Part shown: one piece after another, positions 9,929 to 22,764 of the stretch
How positions within the stretch are numbered: the stretch's first letter is position 1
Layout of the letters: each line of letters begins with the position of its first letter
Notes under the pieces: model-generated
What the model saw: the letters and a program-made list of their open reading frames with translations, nothing else
Database searches by the model: none
What the model was told of the DNA's origin: nothing
Translations under genes and position numbers: made by a program
Assembly (NCBI GenBank): GCA_964623465.1
Contig: CAZURZ010000001.1
Coordinates: 1,660-65,659 of the forward strand
Source of the DNA: an uncultured Elusimicrobia bacterium
GTDB lineage: Bacteria; Elusimicrobiota; Elusimicrobia; UBA1565; UBA9628
Direction: 5' to 3'
Length of the DNA: 64,000 nt

Positions 9929-9980
9929 GCGGGACTCCTCCTGGACGACGCCCCCAGGGTAGCCCGGGAAGGCCCGGGAG

Positions 9981-11543
9981 TCAACGGCGCGGCGATGTCG
10001 CGCCGGCGTGATTTCGGTCACGCCGGAGGACGGCCGCGGCCTCCTCGTCTCCCGGACGGGGGACGAACTCCCGCGCGGCGAGCCAGGCGCCGGGCGCCTT
10101 GTTCCGGTCCACGAAGACCAGCGCCGCGGGATCGGCGTGGACGAGCGCCCAACGCTCGCGCGGCAGATAGACGCAGTGCCACGGACGCGTCACCGGGACG
10201 CGGCGCCCGCCCGGAAGCAGCATCTCGCCGGCGATCCTTCCTTCGTAATTACGGATGAGCAGGGCGTCGAGCCCTCGGCGCGCGATGAAATCAGCCATCC
10301 TGTCCGGAGCGCTCAGGGCCTCGTTGATCTCGGCGACCTGTCCATGGAAGAGATAGCGTCCGTCCCCGAAGACGCGGCCTTCGGGACCGAGCCGCCAACC
10401 CAAGTAGCCGCCCCACTCGTAGGTGTTGAACACGCGCAGCGGCGCGAAGACCTCGCGCTCGGCGACGACGAAATCAACGGCCTCCCGCGCGACGAATACA
10501 TCCGAGTACGCGGCGCCGCGCGGGGTCTTGCCCGTCGTCCAGACGAGCAGCGCCGTCGCCCCGGCCAGAATCGCCGCCGCGGCTCGCGCGCCGGCGCCCA
10601 AAGCGGCGGCCGCGGCCGGAGCGAAGTAGACGCCGAACCGGGAGCTGACGGCCGCCGCCAGCGCCAAACCGGCGGCCGCGCCGGCCAACGCCGGCGCGGT
10701 TCGTCGCGCGCCCCGCGCGGCGAACGCGCCGGCGACGAGCGCCGCGATCAGCGGCCTATGGAAGGTTCGCCCCCAATCCACCGGCCCCCATTCGGCGACG
10801 AGGCGCCCGATCGGATCGCCGCCGTGGGCGGCGAAGACCGAGAGCAACCCGAGCCCGTACGGATTGAGCAGCGCGCCGAGCGCCGCTCCGCAGAACTCGG
10901 CGCCCAGGCGCTCCACGCGCCGCCCCGGGGCGAACGCGTAAACGGCGTAGAGCGCCAGGCCCGCCGGAAAGCCGGCGTGCAGGTTGCTCCACAGCGCGAA
11001 CAGGCCGAAGCCGGACAGAAACGAGGCCCGCCCCCCCTCGAGACGCCGGAGCAGGACGGAGAACAGGAACGCCGACGCCAGATCGGCGCGCAGATCCGCC
11101 GCGGGCAGCATGGCGCACGTCCACAGAGCGAAGGCGGCCGCGCGGGCCGGAGTCCCGGCGCCCTTGTCGCGCAGCAGGCCGTCGACCGGGAAGTACGCGG
11201 CGGCCAACATCGCGCCTTTCAGCAGCCACAGGCCGCGCAGGCCGGCCGCGGAGTGAACGCCGTACCAGAGGAGCTGGATCAGCCACTCGAAGTCGGCCCA
11301 AGGCTCGCCGAAGCGCGTGAACGAAAAGGGATCGCTCGAGGGAACCGCGAGATGCGCCCGGATCCAGCGCCCCGCGCTCAGGTGCCACCACAGGTCGGGG
11401 CTGTGGATGGGCAGGCAGAAAACGAACAGGGCCAGGGCGAAAGCCCAGGCCCCAAGGAAACGGCCTTCCTTGTCAGAGGAGGACAGGTTCGGTATTATCG
11501 AGTCGGCCGCGTCGCGCGCCCGGACTTGATGCAGTCGGTGCAC
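9981..11543 (-). CDS. polytopic integral membrane protein, Trp-rich (possible glycosyltransferase-like)
   Basis: 520-aa hydrophobic ORF with many predicted TM segments; the mirror + strand ORF is an Arg/Glu-rich artefact; exact start uncertain (overlaps the rpmB 3' end if 11543 is used). Confidence 0.5.
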   Translation of the reverse strand: MHRLHQVRARDAADSIIPNLSSSDKEGRFLGAWAFALALFVFCLPIHSPDLWWHLSAGRWIRAHLAVPSSDPFSFTRFGEPWADFEWLIQLLWYGVHSAAGLRGLWLLKGAMLAAAYFPVDGLLRDKGAGTPARAAAFALWTCAMLPAADLRADLASAFLFSVLLRRLEGGRASFLSGFGLFALWSNLHAGFPAGLALYAVYAFAPGRRVERLGAEFCGAALGALLNPYGLGLLSVFAAHGGDPIGRLVAEWGPVDWGRTFHRPLIAALVAGAFAARGARRTAPALAGAAAGLALAAAVSSRFGVYFAPAAAAALGAGARAAAAILAGATALLVWTTGKTPRGAAYSDVFVAREAVDFVVAEREVFAPLRVFNTYEWGGYLGWRLGPEGRVFGDGRYLFHGQVAEINEALSAPDRMADFIARRGLDALLIRNYEGRIAGEMLLPGGRRVPVTRPWHCVYLPRERWALVHADPAALVFVDRNKAPGAWLAAREFVPRPGDEEAAAVLRRDRNHAGATSPRR

Positions 11544-11695
11544 ACGTAGACGGTCTGGGTGCGGCCGTCGATGGCCACTTTCTGGCGCTGGAGGTTCGGG
11601 CGGAACACGCGCCGAGTCGCCTTATGAGAGTGGCTGTAGCTGTTGCCCGACTTAGGACCTTTCCCGCAGCCGGGAATCTGGCACTTGAATGACAT
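11495..11695 (-). CDS. rpmB: 50S ribosomal protein L28
   Basis: 66 aa; MSFKCQIPGCGKGPKSGNSYSHSHKATRRVFRPNLQ matches the L28 family. Confidence 0.85.
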   Translation of the reverse strand: MSFKCQIPGCGKGPKSGNSYSHSHKATRRVFRPNLQRQKVAIDGRTQTVYVCTDCIKSGRATRPTR

Positions 11696-11738
11696 TTCGT
11701 CATCGTAGCAAATCCCCGACGGGGGCCGCAACCACGCC

Positions 11739-13829
11739 GTGAGCGAATCTCTCACCACGCCGGTCCAGTACCTCAAAGGAGTCGGCCCCCGCCGGGCCGT
11801 GCTCTTCGAGCGCCTGGGGGTGAAGACCCTCGGGGACCTGCTCACCCACTACCCCCGCCTGTGGCAGAACCGTCATGAAACGCAGGATCTGCGCCTGCCC
11901 ACGGCCTCGGGCCTGATCGTCCTGCGCGGCCGCGTCCTGCGCGCCTCCTCCCACGGGGCCGGGCCGCGCCTGGGCATCTACAAGGCGACCTTGGCCACCG
12001 CCCACGGCAAGGTCGACTGCCTGTGGTTCAAGCACCTCTCGCGCTCCTACGACGCCTTCGCCGCATTGAAGGCCGAGGCCGCCGAGGGGGCCGATCTATG
12101 GGTGATCGGCCGAGCCGAACCCGACCTCACCGGCGTGCGCGAGATCCGCGTCGACGAGCATTACCCGCTCTCCGACGAGCGCTGGCGCCTGCACGCGGGG
12201 CGCATCACGCCGGTGTACGCCCTCACCGAGGGCCTCTCCCAGCGCTTCGTGCGCGAGGCCGCCCACAAGACGCTCGAGGCCGCCGCCGACTCCGCGCGCG
12301 ACGTGGTCCCGGCCGAGCTCATCGCCAAGCGCAAGCTGCTGGCCGCCCCGCAGGCGCTGCGCGGCATCCATTTTCCGCGCTCGGAGGCCGAGCTCGAGGC
12401 CGCCCGCGCGCGCCTGGCCTACGAAGAGCTCCTGCTGCTCGAGCTGGCCTGGATTCTCAAGCGACGCCAGACCCGCGGCGTGAACAAGCGCTTCTCTTAC
12501 GAAGTGAAGCGCACCTTGCTGACCCCATTCCGTCAGAAGGCCGGCTTCGAGTTCACCGGCGCCCAGAAGCGGGTGATCAACGAGATCTTCGACGATATGA
12601 AGCAGCCGTACCCGATGACTCGTCTGCTCCAGGGCGACGTCGGCTCCGGAAAGACCGTCGTCGCGCTTTCCGCGCTCCTGCTCGCCGTCGAGAACGGCGG
12701 CCAGGCGGCCCTGATGGCGCCGACCGAGATCCTGGCCGACCAGCACCGCGCCACGCTCGACCGCTTCCTCAAGGACCTGCCCGTGCGCGTCGCCACCCTG
12801 ACCTCCCGCGTGCCCAAGAAGGAGCGCGAGAAGATCCTCGCCGCCGCCCGCGAGGGAAAGATCGACATCCTCGTCGGCACGCACGCCCTGATCGAGGCCG
12901 GCGTGGCCTTGCCGAATCTGCGCCTGGCCGTCATCGACGAACAGCACCGCTTCGGCGTGCGCCAGCGCACGACCTTGCGCCAGAAGGGCTCTTTGATCGA
13001 TCTTCTCGTCATGACCGCGACGCCGATCCCGCGCACGCTCGCGCTCTCGCTGTACGGCGACCTCGAGGCCTCCACGATCGACGAGATGCCTCCGGGCCGG
13101 ACGCCGATCAAGACCTTCCTGTCCCCGGAGGCCGAGGCGTTCGAGGCGATCCGCAAAGAGGTGAAGGCGGGACGTCAGGCGTACATCGTCTATCCGATCA
13201 TCGAGGACAGCGCCAACCAGGACCTCCAGTCGGCCAAAGCCGAGTTCGAGCGGATCAAAACGGCCGTCTTCCCGGACATTCCCGTGGAACTCATACACGG
13301 AGCGATGACCGGAAAAGCCAAGAGCGCCGCGATGAAGAACTTCGCCCTCGGGATGGCCAAAATTCTCGTCGCGACCCAGGTCATCGAGGTCGGCATCGAC
13401 GTCCCCAACGCGACGGTCATGGTCATCCAGAACGCCGACCGCTTCGGCCTGGCCTCGCTCCATCAGCTGCGCGGCCGCATCGGCCGGGGGGCGGCCGAGT
13501 CGTACTGCCACCTCGTCGGCGATCCGCGCACCGAGGAAGCCCGCGCGCGCCTCGCCATCATGGCGGAGACCTCCGACGGCTTCAAGATCGGCGAGGAAGA
13601 CCTGAAGCTGCGCGGCCCGGGCGAGCTGCTCGGGACCGCGCAGAGCGGAGAGCTGTCGCTGCTGGTCGCCGATCTGTTTAAAGACGCCGAGCTCCTTTCA
13701 CAGGCCCGCGCCGACGCCGACGAGCTGCTCAAGGCCGACGCCAAGCTGCGCGCTCCGGGCCACGCGCTCCTGCGCGAGCGCCTGATCGCGCTGTACCAGA
13801 GCCGCTGGAACTGGATCGACCTGGCCTAG
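11739..13829 (+). CDS. recG: ATP-dependent DNA helicase RecG
   Basis: 696 aa; N-terminal QYLKGVGPRRAVLFERLGVKTLGDLL wedge region; DEAD-box helicase motifs GDVGSGKT, DEQH; GTG start. Confidence 0.9.
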   Translation: MSESLTTPVQYLKGVGPRRAVLFERLGVKTLGDLLTHYPRLWQNRHETQDLRLPTASGLIVLRGRVLRASSHGAGPRLGIYKATLATAHGKVDCLWFKHLSRSYDAFAALKAEAAEGADLWVIGRAEPDLTGVREIRVDEHYPLSDERWRLHAGRITPVYALTEGLSQRFVREAAHKTLEAAADSARDVVPAELIAKRKLLAAPQALRGIHFPRSEAELEAARARLAYEELLLLELAWILKRRQTRGVNKRFSYEVKRTLLTPFRQKAGFEFTGAQKRVINEIFDDMKQPYPMTRLLQGDVGSGKTVVALSALLLAVENGGQAALMAPTEILADQHRATLDRFLKDLPVRVATLTSRVPKKEREKILAAAREGKIDILVGTHALIEAGVALPNLRLAVIDEQHRFGVRQRTTLRQKGSLIDLLVMTATPIPRTLALSLYGDLEASTIDEMPPGRTPIKTFLSPEAEAFEAIRKEVKAGRQAYIVYPIIEDSANQDLQSAKAEFERIKTAVFPDIPVELIHGAMTGKAKSAAMKNFALGMAKILVATQVIEVGIDVPNATVMVIQNADRFGLASLHQLRGRIGRGAAESYCHLVGDPRTEEARARLAIMAETSDGFKIGEEDLKLRGPGELLGTAQSGELSLLVADLFKDAELLSQARADADELLKADAKLRAPGHALLRERLIALYQSRWNWIDLA

Positions 13830-13857
13830 GCGTGCGGACCCTGTTATACTCATCGCC

Positions 13858-14730
13858 GTGCGGCTCGCGCTCCTCCTGCTGACCCTGGCGTCTCCCTCCG
13901 TCGCGCTCGACATCGCGCGCGAGGAGTTCAACGTGCTCGGCTGGACGAACGCCTGCTCGGTCGCCGTCGAGCGCTACGCCTACCCCTATCTCGGCGAGGC
14001 CATGGTCGCCGAACCGATCACCTCGCGCCTGGGGACCTTGACCATCGAGCTCAAGGCCCCGGTGACGGTCACGCGCTGGGTGTTCGAGGCCGACGGGGCG
14101 AACACCTACGATCCGCACGCGATCGAGCGCATGAAGCGCAAGCTGCGCAAATCCGGCTTCGACCGGCCCGGCTACGCCGAAGTGATCCGCGACTCCGAGA
14201 CCGTGGTCGCGGCGGGCAGCGCGGAGGTCATCCTCTCCACGGCGATCCTGGACGCGCGGCCGGATTTCTGGCCCGATACCACGCAATGGCGCTGGGCGCG
14301 CGCGCACTACAACCCCCTGGGCACCTGCGCCCTTCTCATCTACGAGGACCGCGAGCTGCCCGAACGCTACAAGTTCCTTCTCACCCGCATCTACAACCCG
14401 AGCGCGCGCTCCGACCGGGGCCGCGCGCACGCCGTCAACGGACGCCTGCTGTTCAACAAGGGCGATCTCGAAGGCGCGCTCTTCGAGACCGAGACCGGCG
14501 CCCGCCTGGCCCCCGAGGTCGGCGGGGTCCGCTACCAGTACGCCGCCATGCTCGCCATGAACGGGCGCCCGGACGCCGCCATGAAGGAGCTGACCGCCGC
14601 GATCAAGCGCGGCGAGTCCTACCGCCGCCAAGCCGCGGAGGACCTCGACTTCGAGACCCTGCGCCATCGCCAGGACTTCCAGGAGATCGTGCTCAAGCAG
14701 CCGCGGCCCGGCCCGCCCGTGCCCCCCTGA
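13858..14730 (+). CDS. hypothetical secreted protein
   Basis: Signal peptide; GTG start lies 7 nt after a TATACT -10 element (possibly leaderless). Confidence 0.5.
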   Translation: MRLALLLLTLASPSVALDIAREEFNVLGWTNACSVAVERYAYPYLGEAMVAEPITSRLGTLTIELKAPVTVTRWVFEADGANTYDPHAIERMKRKLRKSGFDRPGYAEVIRDSETVVAAGSAEVILSTAILDARPDFWPDTTQWRWARAHYNPLGTCALLIYEDRELPERYKFLLTRIYNPSARSDRGRAHAVNGRLLFNKGDLEGALFETETGARLAPEVGGVRYQYAAMLAMNGRPDAAMKELTAAIKRGESYRRQAAEDLDFETLRHRQDFQEIVLKQPRPGPPVPP

Positions 14731-14752
14731 CGCGCGTCGCTGTGTTCAGCCC

Positions 14753-14781
14753 TTGAACACGCTCGTCCAAACGGCTATACT
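14753..14781 (+). promoter_or_regulatory. sigma70-type promoter of the metH leader (TTGAAC -17 bp- TATACT)
   Basis: Near-consensus -35 and -10 hexamers with 17-bp spacing about 100 nt upstream of metH. Confidence 0.55.
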
Positions 14782-14789
14782 GAATGAGT

Positions 14790-14842
14790 CGCAGGCGAGG
14801 ATTTGAGCCCGATTGCCCCACGCCGAATGGGAGCTAAAAAGG
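14790..14842 (+). ncRNA. SAM-II-like riboswitch candidate
   Basis: P1 stem GGCGAGG/CCACGCC encloses a 17-nt loop GAUUUGAGCCCGAUUGCC; the 3' tail AGCUAAAAAGG closely matches the SAM-II (metX) riboswitch as I recall it (GAUUUAACCGUAUUGCA loop, AGCUAAAAAGG tail); sits in the 5' leader of metH. Confidence 0.55.
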
Positions 14843-14850
14843 CAGACGAG

Positions 14851-14876
14851 ACCACGCTACGGCGTGGTTTTTTATT
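14851..14876 (+). terminator. intrinsic terminator / expression platform of the metH leader
   Basis: Hairpin ACCACGC-uac-GGCGTGGT followed by TTTTTTATTT, 3 nt before the metH ATG. Confidence 0.6.
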
Positions 14877-14878
14877 TG

Positions 14879-18405
<3,527 letters not shown>

Positions 18406-18409
<4 letters not shown>

Positions 18410-19470
18410 GCCGGCTGCTCGCCGCGCTCCTCGTCCTGCCCGCCGCCGCCCAGACGCTCCACTCCCCCGCGCTCGTCGACCGCGTCCTCGCGCGCGCCGA
18501 AAAGCTCATTCTCTCCCAGGCCGGCAAGGACGCGCGCGACGTCGCCGCCCTCGACCGCGAGGCCGAGCGTCTTTTCCGCGATCTCACGCCTCTCGGCTGG
18601 CGCGCGGCGGAGCCGCTCGGACGCGCGGCCCGCGACGGGAAACGTCCGCCCAAGGTCCGCCTGCTCGCCGCCTCCTGGCTCGGACTGCTCGGCGACCCCG
18701 CCGCTTTCGGACCCCTCGAGGACGTCCTGCTCGACGACGCGCAGCCCGGCTTCGTCCGCACGATCGCGGCTCAAAGCCTGCCCGGCACCGGCGCGCCGGA
18801 CTCCGCGGTCTCCCGCGCGCTGTGCGAGGCCCTGGCGCGCGAGTCCCTTCCGCGCGAGACCGCCGAGATCGCCCTGCTGCCGCTGGCGCGGCTGGGCTGC
18901 CGCGAGCCGGAGCCGCTGCTCCGTCTGGCGCGAGCCGGCGGCCCCCGCCCGGCCGGTCGAGACCTCGCGCTCGCGGGGGCCGCGACGGCGGCTCTCGGCG
19001 CGTCCCGCGGCCCTCTTTCCGCCCGCGCCCTGCTCGGGCTGCTCGCCTATTTCCCGCCCGAGAGCCCGGCGCGCGAACGCGTCGTCGCCGCCCTGGAGCG
19101 CCGCAGCGCAGAGCTGGCGACTTGGCTGGCTCCGGAGGCGCTTCCCGCGGCGCTCGAGGCCCTGCGCACGGAAACCGGGCGCTGGGACACGATGCTCCCG
19201 CTCATCCGCATCGCCGCCGCCTTCGGCCCCGACGCCGCGCCCTCGCTCGAGCGCCTCTGCGGCCACGGCGACGCCGAGGTGCTCGTCGCCGCCGCCGAGG
19301 CCCTGGCTTCTCTGGGCCCGGCGTCGCCCAAGGCCCTGGCCGCGTTCGAGCAAGCCGCCGCGGGCGCGATGACGGATCCTCGCTTCTCCCCCAAGGACGG
19401 CCGCCCGGATCCCGCCGCCCTCCTCGCCCGCCTCGAGAAGGCGGTCGCCGTCCTTCGCCGCGCCCGCTGA
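18406..19470 (+). CDS. hypothetical secreted Ala/Leu-rich helical-repeat protein
   Basis: ATG overlaps the metH stop; signal peptide; HEAT/ARM-like composition. Confidence 0.5.
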
Positions 19471-19508
19471 GGCGGAACATTCCGCGAACCGCCGGAGTCT
19501 CATCCGGC

Positions 19509-20132
19509 ATGAAGACCGATTACTTCCCCTTGATTCCCGGCGCGTCCTTGCGTTATTCGCTCGAACGCGCCGGAGCTCGCGGTTCGCTGCGCCTGGAGAT
19601 CCTCTTCGCCCGCCGCCGCGGCCGCGCGACCCTCGCCACCGGGCGGCGCGTGACGATCTGGGAGGGCTCCGCTCCCCGCATCGACGCGGTCGAGCTCGTC
19701 TCCGGCCCGGGCGGAGCCCGCGCCGGCGGAGCGATCGAGTTCAAGGGACCGATCGCGCTCGGCACGCGCTGGTACGACGGCGCCGACGAGTGCTGGATCG
19801 ACGGCTTCGACGGCGTGGCCGAGACGCCGGCCGGACGCTTCGCGGGCTGCCTGCGCGTCTGCTACCTGATCGCCGGCGGCGACGGCGGCTCGGGAGAGCG
19901 GCTCTACGCCCCGGGCATCGGCCTCGCGCGGGTCGAGCACCGCGACGAAAGCGATCCTTATATATGGACCCTGACCGAAAGAACCGGTCCGGGACGCGCG
20001 TTGACAAGGCCTCGCGGCGCCGTTATACTGCGCGCATGTCCCGAATCGCGGTCTATCCCGGCAGTTTCGATCCCCTCACGCGCGGCCACCTGGACATCAT
20101 CCAGCGCGCGGCCAAGCTCTTCGACCACGTGA
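19509..20132 (+). CDS. hypothetical protein (3' end doubtful, overlaps coaD)
   Basis: ORF MKTDYFPLIPG...; its 3' portion runs about 97 nt into coaD, so the true end may lie earlier. Confidence 0.3.
   Translation: MKTDYFPLIPGASLRYSLERAGARGSLRLEILFARRRGRATLATGRRVTIWEGSAPRIDAVELVSGPGGARAGGAIEFKGPIALGTRWYDGADECWIDGFDGVAETPAGRFAGCLRVCYLIAGGDGGSGERLYAPGIGLARVEHRDESDPYIWTLTERTGPGRALTRPRGAVILRACPESRSIPAVSIPSRAATWTSSSARPSSSTT
20001..20029 (+). promoter_or_regulatory. consensus sigma70 promoter (TTGACA -17 bp- TATACT) of coaD; leaderless configuration
   Basis: Perfect -35 hexamer, 17-bp spacer, TATACT -10 ending 6 nt before the coaD ATG. Confidence 0.6.
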
Positions 20133-20527
20133 TCGTCGCCGTGTCCAACAACGCGTCGAAGAAGAACGTGTTCTCCGTCTCGGAGCGAATCGAGATGGTG
20201 GAGGAGTCGATCCGCTCGCTGCCGAACGTCGACTGCGACACGGTCGGCGGACTTCTCGTCGACTACATGCGCAAGAAGAAGGCCCGCGTGCTCATCCGCG
20301 GCCTGCGCGTCGTCTCCGACATGGACTACGAATTCCAGCTCGCCTCGTTCAACCGGCGGCTGAACAAGGACGTGGAGACCGTCTTCCTCATGCCCGACGA
20401 CCAGTACACCTACCTGTCCGCCTCCATGGTGCGCGAGGTCGCCCGGCTGGGAGCCGGAACCGATCAATTCGTCCCGTCCTTCGTGGCCCGCCGCCTGAAG
20501 CTGAAATTTGGAAGTCCGAAGCTCTAG
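20036..20527 (+). CDS. coaD: phosphopantetheine adenylyltransferase
   Basis: 163 aa; IAVYPGSFDPLTRGHLDII nucleotidyltransferase HxGH motif typical of CoaD. Confidence 0.85.
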   Translation: MSRIAVYPGSFDPLTRGHLDIIQRAAKLFDHVIVAVSNNASKKNVFSVSERIEMVEESIRSLPNVDCDTVGGLLVDYMRKKKARVLIRGLRVVSDMDYEFQLASFNRRLNKDVETVFLMPDDQYTYLSASMVREVARLGAGTDQFVPSFVARRLKLKFGSPKL

Positions 20528-21359
20528 GCTCCTCGCGCTTTCCGCGGCTCTCGCCCTGGCCGCCTGCGAGCGCGCGCCCGAGACGGCCGCTCCAGCCCCG
20601 ACCCCCGAGTTGGCGCCGCCGGAGCCGTCGGCGACGCTGGTCGCCTCTCCTCTCGACTCGGCCGCGACGGGCTACACCAACGAGATGCAGGCCGCCGCGA
20701 TGCTGGAGGAGTCCGCGGACATGGGCATCGAGCAGATCTCGCGGCGCGGCGATCCCGCGCGACCGCTCCCGCCCGAGCCCGCCCTGATCCTCACCGCGGA
20801 AGAGAAGCGGCTGCGCGACGCCCGCCGCAAGGAACGCCTCGAGCGCGCCCGGCAAATGCGGCTCGATTACACGGTTCTGCGCCGCAACGCCGAGGCGGAG
20901 GATAAGAGCGTCGCCTTGTCCGGTTCCACGGTGGCCGTGATCGCCGGCCGGGAATCCGGCGGCCTGGTCGGCGTCGCGGAGGACGCGCCCGGCGTCTGGA
21001 GCGGCGCCTACGGGGGGGCCGTGGACGGGGGCGACCGCGTGATCGAAGACGCCCCGGCTTGGGCCGAGCTGTGGGGCCGGCTTTCGCGCGAGACTCCGCC
21101 CGCCGTGAACTTCTCCACGCACCGCGTCGCGGCTGTCTTCGCCGGCCATCGTCCCAGCGGCGGCTACCGCGCGCGCCTGGTCGCCATCACGCGCGAAGGG
21201 GAGCGGTGGCTGGTGCGCTGGATCGAAGAGGGCCCCGGCGCCGGCGAGACTCCTCCCGAGGGCGAGACCGCCCCCTTCCTGCTGGCCGTTCTGCCCAAGG
21301 ACGAGCGGGCCGTGCGTTGCGAGAAGATCCGCCGGCCCATAGGGCCCAAAAGAAAATAG
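20508..21359 (+). CDS. hypothetical lipoprotein
   Basis: TTG start; signal peptide with lipobox LAAC. Confidence 0.45.
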   Translation: MEVRSSRLLALSAALALAACERAPETAAPAPTPELAPPEPSATLVASPLDSAATGYTNEMQAAAMLEESADMGIEQISRRGDPARPLPPEPALILTAEEKRLRDARRKERLERARQMRLDYTVLRRNAEAEDKSVALSGSTVAVIAGRESGGLVGVAEDAPGVWSGAYGGAVDGGDRVIEDAPAWAELWGRLSRETPPAVNFSTHRVAAVFAGHRPSGGYRARLVAITREGERWLVRWIEEGPGAGETPPEGETAPFLLAVLPKDERAVRCEKIRRPIGPKRK

Positions 21360-21376
21360 GACTTTAGTCCTTTTTT
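21358..21376 (+). terminator. intrinsic terminator
   Basis: Hairpin AGGACT-tt-AGTCCT followed by TTTTT immediately after the stop codon. Confidence 0.6.
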
Positions 21377-21379
21377 CGA

Positions 21380-21409
21380 TTGACTCGGCTTTCCGCCCGC
21401 GCTTATAAT
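21380..21409 (+). promoter_or_regulatory. consensus sigma70 promoter (TTGACT -18 bp- TATAAT)
   Basis: Near-perfect hexamers about 30 nt upstream of the carboxypeptidase gene; a GGAGG ribosome-binding site follows. Confidence 0.6.
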
Positions 21410-21438
21410 GGGTCCTTGCCCGCACGGAGGATCTCCCG

Positions 21439-22764
21439 ATGAAAGCCCTCGTCCTCACGGCGCTGTGCGCCGTCTCCGCGCGCGCGCTGCCCGACGCGCG
21501 CTTCGACGACCCCGGCTCGAATCCCGCCCCCGTCGCCTCGCCCAAACCGCCTTCCTCCGCCATCACCGAGAAGGACGGGCGCGTCTGGGCCGAATTCGAC
21601 GCGGCGGGCAAGGCCGAGCGCAACGCGCTCGTCGCCGCCGGGATCAGCCTCGAGGAGATCACGCCCGGGCGCGCGGCCGGCTTCGCGACGGCGAAGGCCC
21701 TGGAACGCGCCGCCGCGAAGGGACTCAAGCCGGCCGCCAAGGTCTCGATAAGGGCCCGCTTCGGGAAGATGGATTTCCCGGACAAGGACTCCATCTACCA
21801 CAACTACAAGGAGCTCGAGTCGGCGCTGCGCGGGATCGCCGCGCGCGCCCCGGAGTCCGCGTCCGTGTTCTCCATCGGCAAATCCACGCTCGGACGCGAC
21901 ATCCTCGCCCTGCGCTTCAACAAGACCGCGCGCGGGACTCACGCGAGCGGAAAGCCCGGCATCGTCTTCCTGGGTACCCACCATGCCCGCGAGCATCTCT
22001 CCACCGAGGTGCCTCTTCTCGTCGCCAGGCACATCGCCGAGAATCGCGCCGACCCCGAGATCGCCCGTCTCCTCGAGACGCGCGACGTCTACTTCATTCC
22101 GATGGTCAACCCCGACGGCGTCGAGTACGACATCGAAGGCGGCCGCTACCACATGCACCGCAAGAACATGGCCAAGAATCACGACGGCACGACCGGCGTG
22201 GATCTGAACCGCAATTACGCCTGGGGCTGGGGCGGGGCCGGGGCGTCCTCCGACCCCGACGACGACACCTACCGCGGACCCGCGGCGTTCTCCGAGCCGG
22301 AGAGCCGCGCGGTGCGGGACTTCGTCGAGGCGCGACCGAACCTGCGGGTCCTCCTGTCCTATCACACGTTCTCCGAGCTGATCCTGTACCCCTGGGGAGG
22401 CTCGGATGATCCCATCCCGGACGCCAAGGCCCGCGCGGCGTTCCAGGCCATGGCCGGCGAGATGGCCAAGATGACCGGCTACCGCCCCCAGCAGTCCAGC
22501 GATCTCTACGTCGCCACCGGCGACACCTGCGACTGGGCGTGGGGCGCGAAAGGCATCTACGCCTTCACCTTCGAGCTGACGCCCAAGTCGATGTGGGACG
22601 GCGGGTTCTACCCCGGCGCGGACGTCGTGTCGCGCGTCGCGCGGGCGAACGTCGCTCCCGCGCTCTACTTGATCGATTTGGCCGACGATCCGCAACGCTC
22701 CCTGAAGGGCCCGAGCGCCCTCGCGGCGGCGTCCATCCCGGCGCACGGAGAAACCCACCGATGA
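21439..22764 (+). CDS. M14-family zinc carboxypeptidase, secreted
   Basis: 441 aa; signal peptide; Zn ligands in HAREH and the HTFSELILYPWG region typical of M14. Confidence 0.8.
   Translation: MKALVLTALCAVSARALPDARFDDPGSNPAPVASPKPPSSAITEKDGRVWAEFDAAGKAERNALVAAGISLEEITPGRAAGFATAKALERAAAKGLKPAAKVSIRARFGKMDFPDKDSIYHNYKELESALRGIAARAPESASVFSIGKSTLGRDILALRFNKTARGTHASGKPGIVFLGTHHAREHLSTEVPLLVARHIAENRADPEIARLLETRDVYFIPMVNPDGVEYDIEGGRYHMHRKNMAKNHDGTTGVDLNRNYAWGWGGAGASSDPDDDTYRGPAAFSEPESRAVRDFVEARPNLRVLLSYHTFSELILYPWGGSDDPIPDAKARAAFQAMAGEMAKMTGYRPQQSSDLYVATGDTCDWAWGAKGIYAFTFELTPKSMWDGGFYPGADVVSRVARANVAPALYLIDLADDPQRSLKGPSALAAASIPAHGETHR

Noticed and set aside
10008-11549. 513-aa plus-strand ORF
   Set aside because: Arg/Glu/Gly-rich mirror image of the real minus-strand membrane-protein gene
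14813-14878. Upstream TTG start for metH proposed by the ORF track
   Set aside because: It lies inside the riboswitch aptamer and terminator, and the MetH N-terminal homology begins at ATG 14879
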